Assembly: GCA_040143965.1 (NCBI GenBank)
Contig: JASJQH010000009.1
Span: 1-58,363 of the forward strand
Reading direction: 5' to 3'
Origin: Basidiobolus ranarum
Taxonomy: Eukaryota
DNA length: 58,363 nucleotides
The position numbers and the translations under genes were made by a program. Under the pieces are notes generated by a model. The model saw only the letters and a program-made list of their open reading frames with translations. It made no database searches and was not told the origin of the DNA. Below are positions 50,801 through 58,363 of this stretch, piece by piece (positions within the stretch are counted from its first letter, which is position 1; every line of letters starts with the position of its first letter).

Positions 50801-52809
50801 GACCATCGTTGTGCATCTACAAGCGAATGATCAACAAAATTTACGGTAAAGAGCAAGGTGCCGCTGTCATTGATGCTGTTCATAACAATCCTGCTATCGC
50901 TGTTCCTGTGGTCCTGAGGAGATTGAAGCAAAAAGATGAGGAATGGCGACGTGCCAGAAGAGAGTGGAACCGAATCTGGCGTGAGGTCGACATCAAAAAC
51001 TTTTACAAAGCATTGGATTATCAAAATGTTAGCTTCAAGTCAAATGATAGAAAGCTGATTACCCCTAAATACCTCACTACTGAAATCGAAACCGTTAGAA
51101 GAGAGCAGAGAGACCGTTATCCACCCGATGTTCGACCAAGCTATCAATTCGAATATCAATTTGAAGATCCTGAAGTATTCCGCGATATTACCAGAATCTT
51201 GTTCTCCTCTTTAGGAAAGCAAAGCGGCTTCTCTAACTCGGATAAAGATTGTATTGAAAGTTTTATCAAAGACTTTATCAGAGAGTTCTTCGGCTTGGAA
51301 AGAATTGAACATGACCGTATTGAGGATAACGATGATGCCAGCAGTGTCCATACTGATGATACTGATAATGAATCTCGGATTTCTGAGGACGAAGATTCCA
51401 CTAATTCACATCAAACCAATGATGAACAAAAAGGTAATGAATCGCTAGCAAATGGAGTTGAACATCCTCATCCCGTGGAAAGTATGGATACTGACTCTGA
51501 GGGCGCCCACGCTGATAACGAAGAATCCATAACATCCGCTGCATCCTCACCACGCTCCAAATCTCTCGATGGAAGTGCAGACGGTGGTAAGACCGAGACC
51601 ATGGAGGTCGATTCAGCAACGTGTAGTAAAAGCGAGCCTAGTCAGCCTGCCACTTGGATTCAAATCAAAACACCAAAAATTGAGCCCAGGCGTAAAACAT
51701 CTTTCAATTTCTATGGTAGCAATGTATTTTACGTCTTCTTCCGATTGTACCAGCTGCTCTATTCACGTGTTGAGTCTGTCAAGGTCAAGTCCACCCAGGT
51801 TCCTAGAAAAACCCCTCACACCGAAACCAAGTCGGTAGCTGGAACCTTATCACTTAGACATAGAGTGAGTGTGTTAGGAGATATGGATTATGCGAATGGT
51901 GACTACTATCAAGAATTTCTTGATTTAGTTGATCGTCTTTTTGAAGGGGAGATTGATCAACAAGGCTATGAGGAAGGGATGAGATATCTATTTGGTATTC
52001 ACGCCTATGTAGTGTTTACCATTGATAAGCTTGTCATGGCCATTCTACGTCAAATTCAGACCATTGTACTGGAGCCCAAGTGCAAGGATTTAATCGATCT
52101 ATTCACCAAAGAGAATCATCTAGAAACGACTAGCTTTAGACAACAAATGATGTATCGTTCTAAAGCTGAAAATGTCATTGAGGGAGAAGAAAGCCTGTAT
52201 AGGATTGAGTATGTGCATAGTAAAAACACAGTCATGATTCAATTGCTTAACAGGGAAGACTCGGCTTTAGATTCTGCTGTATCGCTAGAAGAGAAATGGT
52301 CCATGTATATCGACAGCTATGTTTTGCTTACTCCAACTAAGGATGTTCTTCAGCCTGAAAACAGACCATTCTTAGCGAGAAATAGACCAGCAAATCTATC
52401 CGAAGAGCTACCCCAAGATGCAAGCATGAGCAGCGGTTTGGAATTAAAAATATGTGTGAACACATTGAAAACTTATTTCGTTGCCAATACAGAAGATTTC
52501 TTCAAACGTAAAGGCAGGACCGTTTCCGACAGTAGTCTTGAATCTACGAAGCGGAAAAAACATCAAAAATGGAGAACATGGCTAAACGGAGATCTCGGGT
52601 GGTCACGAGGCCAGCCCAGAGAAGAATCGGAGAAAAAATGCGAACAATGGTTTACTGGGAAATCGCTGGACATGAAGGATTTAACCCGGATCAAAGAAAC
52701 AGTCAAGACTGAATCGTTAGAGTACACAGTCTTTGAGACACCGCTGGCTCCTCAACAAAATTCAGTCGAAGCCAATTCTTCGGCTGCTGACGAGCTCAAC
52801 CAATCGTAA
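47839..52809 (+). CDS. SIN3: Transcriptional corepressor Sin3
   Basis: PAH1 [19 protein letters not shown]2 [18 protein letters not shown]3 [22 protein letters not shown]...[17 protein letters not shown]. Confidence 0.95.
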
Positions 52810-53148
52810 ATTGTCAGACCAGATATTTTGATAGTATCATTGTTTTATTCTGTTTACTCCCTTTTCAATTGTCGATTTTGAGTGTATCTTTTTTGTTCTC
52901 TTACTACTTTTTGATTTATATAGTCTGCTGTTTCTAGTCCTAGATTGATGTATTTTTTCGTTTCCGAAGTAGTAACTAATAAAGCTTCTCACATACTTCT
53001 GAAATATGCCTCTCACATTTGAAATAATCTAATGATCTAAAATATCAATGATCATTTGATCTCCAATTTCGAGAAAATCATAGGGGATGGGCAAGCATGT
53101 ATTGGTCCCTTATCCCTCTCACCTCTATAGCACTTTCGAGTAACTGAC

Positions 53149-54981
53149 ATGAGTACACGCACACAACGGGATAATAAAAAACAAATCGCACAACATGAGG
53201 AGATACTTAAAGCCTTGGTAAAGCTACCTGGTAACTCTGTATGCGCAGATTGTGGAGCATCTGGTAAATACTATTCTTCTTCTTTGTTAGCCATCAAAAC
53301 TCAACATTGCCACGGGTTTTCTTCTTTTTCTCAAAAGGTCCTCGTTGGGCCTCCCATAACCTAGGTGTATTTCTGTGCATCAAATGTGCAGGGTATCACC
53401 GTCGGATAGGTACTCATATATCCAAAGTCAAGTCCATCAATTTGGATACTTGGACTCCTGAACAGCTTGAGGTACTGAGAAAAGTCTACTCTTTCCCCCT
53501 CCAAACCTCCTAAAATTTATTTTCTTTATTTCTCCATAGAACATAACCAAGCTAGGAAATAACAAGGTTAATGCAATCTATAACTCTCATCCAGAAAGAC
53601 ATCCTCCTCCAACTGAAGAAAGGTATAGTGAAACTCAGATTCTCAGTTTCTTTTTCACTTGAAACTTTATGTTAACATTCTCTCTTTACGTCTATGGTAG
53701 ACGCTTGGAAACCTACATTCGGAATAAATATGAATACAAGTCATTCATGAGCTCAGAACAGAGAGATACAGTTGGGGTAACTAGCTGTCCCTTTACTACG
53801 AAAATATTGTACCCTCTTGCTGTTCTTGGTTTAATACGAATTCATTATATTTTAGCAAGAGCCTGTTTCTCGTGTTTCCGAGTCTAAGGAATCCAGAGCA
53901 TTAGCTCAACTCGAGAGTATGGGATTTGTTGACCTTAATCGTAACCGTCAGGTTCTAGCCAGAACAGATATGAATGTTGACGCAGCAGTAGAGATCCTAT
54001 GTTCCCTCCCTCCATCCACTAAGAATGACAATTCTAATATTACTCAGCTTCAGAGTATGGGATTCAATGATATTGCTAAAAGCAAAGAGGCACTCCAAAA
54101 AGCCAACGGATCAGTCGAACGTGCCATTGAAATTCTACTCGCAGAGCGTAAGAAAAACGAGTCAACAAAGAAGAAAACCGACTTGGACCTCCTTGCAGAT
54201 GATTCTTTCGGAGATTTTAACGACTTCAACGATTCTGGATCTCAAGATCTATGGAATATTCCGACTAAAACTTCAAGCAATGCTTCAAAGACGGCTGTAG
54301 CTCCTAGCTCTTTTGGCTCATTTCCTGCACCACCTGGATTACAGAATCAGAAAGCACCTACCAACAATGCATCCAAATCAAACGATGAGAATTTGGAAGC
54401 GACATTCGCTGGTTTAGATATCCACTCTCCAGGTAACTTCTGAACTCTCTACTGATTATTGTTCTCATTATCTAACCAATCCTTTGTCAGTCAACAAATC
54501 TCCACAAAGCTTCGACAAGAACTCTATTCTTTCATTATACCAACAATCCGCCAAACCTGGTCCAGCTCAAGGGGCATTTGGGTATGGTATGCCTGGAAAC
54601 GTTCAATCTCCTCCGGCTCCTTCACAACAGCAACAACAACAACAATCCACAGATTTTGGAGGGTTTGGAAGTAATGATATCATGGGACTTAACTTTGGTG
54701 GACAACCTACCCAACAAACATTCGCCTCATCTCCACTCCAAACTAGAAACTCTACTGCTACTGCCACTGCCACTACTACGCCGCCCAAACTCAACTCACA
54801 AAACGATAAATTCTCTGCTTTCGATTCACTGAATCCACTCTCTTCTTCCTCTTTCCTTAGTGGTTTGAGCAAGAAAGAGACTAACGCAGGTAATAGTACC
54901 ATGAATTCTAAAAGTCCATCAACTAATCAATCCTCAGGGAAAAAGAACTCTTTGTTGGACGAATTCGATTTATTATCTTAA
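53149..54981 (+). CDS. ArfGAP protein with UBA domains (Gts1/Ucp3/SMAP-like)
   Basis: [47 protein letters not shown], two UBA-like LxSMGF...A(V/I)EIL segments, DKNSILSLY. Confidence 0.87.
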
Positions 54982-55274
54982 TTCGAAATTATTTTACTTC
55001 ATTCAACTGTACTCTCCCCATGTACTCAATAAAATCCAACGAACTAACAAGATTCCAATCCGATTAGATTTCTATATATTTTTATTTGCTAGATTTCGGG
55101 GAGTTGCATCGAAACATTTGAACTCGTAAAAACCAAAAAAATCACTTAATTTCTTTCAACTGGTTTAACCGTGCAGGATAGATGTGAATCAAAGAAGATT
55201 TAAGGATGTGAAAGAAATACTATAAATATATATTCATACATATTAGGGGATTGAAGAATTCCTTAAGCCAGCGC

Positions 55275-56915
55275 TTACTCTTCTTCCTCCTCCTCCTCTT
55301 CAGCCTTCTTCGCTGAACGACGGTTGACAGTGCTCTTCTCTCCCTTGACAACATCTTCATCGCTGGATTTCTCCTCAGAGTTAGGTGCGTCAGTTTTCTT
55401 GTGGGGAGCAACTGGGGCTGGGGAAGAAGAGAACAAGCTGAAGATGAGGGCTACGAGAATACTAGCGACACCAGCTATGGCACCAGCAACATAGGGCATT
55501 TCTCTGGCAGCAGCAACTGGGTCAACCTTTGCAGCAGCAATGAATTTATTTACGTGATGGGTGACGAATTTGACGGGCTCCTCGGTGGTAGGTTCGTCGG
55601 CATTAAGATCAGGCTTTGGAGCGTCTTTCTCTTCAGCGGCCTTCTCAATGGCATTCTTAACTGCCCAAGTTTCGGTGGCGATCTTGTGAGCTTCGTCTTC
55701 GGAATGTCCAATGTAGATGTTATCGAAGAGAATATCATTTTGCATGGTCCAGAGTTCGAAACCAATGCCGGAGATTGGCTCAAAGTATGAGGGATGGGTA
55801 TCTTCGAAATAATTAGGATTAGGAATCTTGCGAGGGGCCCACTCTCCCTTGTAAGCGGGGTTATCAATCATCTGAGGATACCATTTACCCTTATAGGCGG
55901 GGTTTCTCTTCATGGGCTTGGTCCAAGGTCCGCAACCAGCGGAGTTCTCACATTTAGGGTTAGGAACTTGAGGGGAAATCCATTCACCATCTTCTTCCTC
56001 ATCCCAATCTTCTGGCTTCTCAGCCTCAGGATCAGGGATGCTTTCTGGCTCATTTTCATACCAGTCTTCAGGTTTCTTGGCGTCTTCATCGACAATCTCC
56101 ATAGGAGCCTCCTCATCCCAATCAGCCGGCTTCTTAGCCTCAGGATCAGCGATCTTTGGGTCGTCAATCCAATCAGAAGGCTTCTTATCTTCAGGATCGT
56201 CAATCTCCTTAGGGGGGTTAACGGCGGGCTCGAAGTTCTCCAAAAGGTTACCCTTATTCTCGGTGTGGTCGTTGATCTTGATTTCGTAGGTATTATCAGG
56301 TCTGACGACAAGAGTGTAGAGAGTGCTCAACTTCGAGACTCTGGAAATAGGAGCACCAGTAAGATGTTTCTCTTCATATTCACCAGAAATAGGGTTCTTG
56401 TGACGGAAGATAAAGTGAACCTTATTAGTAGCACCGCACTTATCAGGTCCAAACATAATAGTGTATGGAGTTTTATCATCGAATTCTTTGTATTTAATAC
56501 CTTGGTCAGATTGAGTGAGTAGCTTTAAGTAAGCACCACCACACTCTAGACCATTTTGTAACTTCACTTCGTATTGAACTACCAAAGCTTTATCTTTGTT
56601 CTCCAAAGCCTTATCGAAAGAAGCGGAGATGGCGTGGTGAGAAGCGGCACTCTTAACCACCAAACCTTCATCACCAGCTAAACCGGGATAAACAGTAGGT
56701 TCCTCAACCTTCCATTGTCCGTTATAACGAAATTCCTCATTCTTGACTGCTTCACTAGGTTGCCAGCGTTTATTCCAACCAGAAGTGAATTGTTCCCAGA
56801 AAGGAGCTTCAATATCAAGTGGTTTGAATTCGGGGCGAGGTAGTTCTTCAGCTAGAACAAGACTTCCAGCCAAAGAGGCGAGAAGAAGAAGAGATAAAGG
56901 GCGTGGACGAGTCAT
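55275..56915 (-). CDS. CNX1: Calnexin (intronless)
   Basis: Signal peptide, [21 protein letters not shown]-domain repeats IxDPxxxKPxDW, [10 protein letters not shown] helix and acidic tail. Confidence 0.95.
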   Translation of the reverse strand: MTRPRPLSLLLLASLAGSLVLAEELPRPEFKPLDIEAPFWEQFTSGWNKRWQPSEAVKNEEFRYNGQWKVEEPTVYPGLAGDEGLVVKSAASHHAISASFDKALENKDKALVVQYEVKLQNGLECGGAYLKLLTQSDQGIKYKEFDDKTPYTIMFGPDKCGATNKVHFIFRHKNPISGEYEEKHLTGAPISRVSKLSTLYTLVVRPDNTYEIKINDHTENKGNLLENFEPAVNPPKEIDDPEDKKPSDWIDDPKIADPEAKKPADWDEEAPMEIVDEDAKKPEDWYENEPESIPDPEAEKPEDWDEEEDGEWISPQVPNPKCENSAGCGPWTKPMKRNPAYKGKWYPQMIDNPAYKGEWAPRKIPNPNYFEDTHPSYFEPISGIGFELWTMQNDILFDNIYIGHSEDEAHKIATETWAVKNAIEKAAEEKDAPKPDLNADEPTTEEPVKFVTHHVNKFIAAAKVDPVAAAREMPYVAGAIAGVASILVALIFSLFSSSPAPVAPHKKTDAPNSEEKSSDEDVVKGEKSTVNRRSAKKAEEEEEEEE

Positions 56916-57153
56916 GAGTTGTAAGAAGAAGTGGAACAGTGAAGGAAGGAATATGACAAAGTTGAAGCAATTAAAGGCAGTGGCATTGATATAAATTTCA
57001 CTTGCTTGAGGAGATCAATAACAGTCTGGCAGCCGATGACTGGCCAAATTTGAGGTTGTAATGATATTATGCGCTATTACTGAGATCCCAACATTAATTA
57101 CCAATCAGAATTCATTGCCCATCGCTATATCACTTGAGCATAATTCAACGTTT

Positions 57154-57175
57154 TGACGTGGATGCATCGCATTGG
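57154..57175 (-). promoter_or_regulatory. ERSE-I (CCAAT-N9-CCACG) overlapping UPRE (TGACGTGG) in the calnexin promoter
   Basis: Minus strand CCAAT GCGATGCAT CCACG at 57175-57157; plus strand TGACGTGG at 57154-57161; about 240 bp upstream of the ATG. Confidence 0.7.
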
Positions 57176-57649
57176 TTACTCAAACGATAGTAATATCATC
57201 CTCGTTATGCAAATTCCCTTGACTCCATCCATAGCCCCATATTAAATGACTGATGAAACTCAGCCACACTTGAGGGATGATGTTAAGAGCGATATTCAGA
57301 TGGTGGTAGAGGGGAAGGACGGAAGGGACGGAAGGGAATGTTGATCCTCCTGAATAGATGTATGTTGGTGATCATTTGCTGCGATCGTCTGTTATTTGTT
57401 GCACATCAAAGTCTCTGTTCATATTGCACTTTCCCAAGCTATACAAACATTCCCCGTGAATATAGCATTCTGTTTGTGTTTTGTTCTCCATGTATATATC
57501 TACAAAATAGTCTATAAATACTATGGCTAACTGTAATAAAACTCATTGCATAGTACTACAAGCATGGAGATACTCAGTTGAAGAGCAATTTCAAATATAT
57601 TATAATATATTCATTGTATTGTGAAAATCTGAGAATTGTGAAAGATTTT

Positions 57650-58139
57650 GAAATTAGCATTGCCTAAACACCTATATAGTCATATATAGCTTAGTACTTA
57701 GTTATCTTATATTGAACTAAGATATTACCTATTATTCTCATGAGGAACTTACTTCAAAGTTCTCAGATATATAGATTTTGATAACTTGTGCTAGATGTTA
57801 AAGTATTTGGGAGCCTTTTGGAAGTGGCTTGGAGAATTAGAGAAATTGGTGATTTTCACTTGTTGATATATTGTGTATTCAGTTGATATATATAGTTTTG
57901 TCAAGATGTAAACAAACTAACATATAGAATGCATTAAGGAAGGTCCCAGGAACATTTGTGCAAACTTTGGGGCTTCTAGCACAAGTTTGAGAAATCTATA
58001 TATCTGAGAACTTTTAAGTTGGTAAAAATGTTCTAAGTAAATTCCAATTGAGAATAATGGATAATATCTTAGTGAAATATAAGATAACTAAGTACTAAGC
58101 TATATATGACTATATAGGTGCTTAAGCAATGCTATTTTC
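57650..58139. mobile_element. MITE-like / fold-back non-autonomous element with long terminal inverted repeats
   Basis: Left arm about 57650-57795 is the reverse complement of right arm about 57975-58139, including the long perfect block CACCTATATAGTCATATATAGCTTAGTACTTAGTTATCTTATATT; AT-rich, non-coding. Confidence 0.75.
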
Positions 58140-58363
58140 CACATTCCACATGTTAGTTTGCTTACATCTTGTTGGAGGATCTTGACATAATGGGGGTAGA
58201 CTTTGAGTATTAGAAGCAACTTTTGATAGTGTGTTTTAGTTAGTTTATTCTCAAGAGTATATGGTGACTTATATAGTAGAAAAGTAAATCAATTGTTTGA
58301 GATATTCAGGAGTTTGTGTAACAAGATATAATAGATAAGTGGGGGTAATAAGACATACTTGTT

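Noticed and set aside
55401-56522. Antisense ORFs over calnexin (similar ones occur over RPL7 and PEP4)
   Set aside because: Typical reverse-frame shadows of codon-biased, highly expressed genes; no domain signal
57247-57355. 32-codon ORF / GGAAGGGAC repeats / C-D-like boxes upstream of calnexin
   Set aside because: No recognisable homology or rRNA guide; consistent with chance in purine-rich intergenic DNA

Overview
Gene-dense eukaryotic genomic DNA with low GC and many short GT-AG introns, from a fungus. The gene content, intron density and TTAGGG motifs suggest an early-diverging lineage such as Zoopagomycota or Mucoromycota (inference). About 26 protein genes can be reconstructed by hand-splicing: a bacterial-type MFS transporter (truncated by the window edge), Dbf2/Sid2 kinase, NC2-alpha, a YCII protein, RPL7, SF3B4, a CDF metal transporter, a Tay1/Teb1-like double-Myb protein, Pep4, an FG-GAP-like beta-propeller, two MAPEG/MGST3 paralogs, GUF1, CTK3, REV7, an F-box protein, a bHLH factor, SURF4, eIF2B-gamma, mL49, a Nup1/Nup153-like nucleoporin, a USP12/46-like protease, PKA-C, CFD1, SIN3, an ArfGAP-UBA protein and calnexin. 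The window ends with a MITE-like fold-back element. The most notable signals are an exact metazoan-type ERSE (CCAAT-N9-CCACG) overlapping a UPRE upstream of calnexin, a three-hairpin structured RPL7 intron, an intron-rich/intronless MGST3 tandem pair, a bacterial-like MFS carrying introns, and TTAGGG telo-boxes near a telobox-binding-type protein gene whose stop codon is followed by an in-frame 33-nt tandem repeat. All exon boundaries and family calls were made by eye, without database searches.
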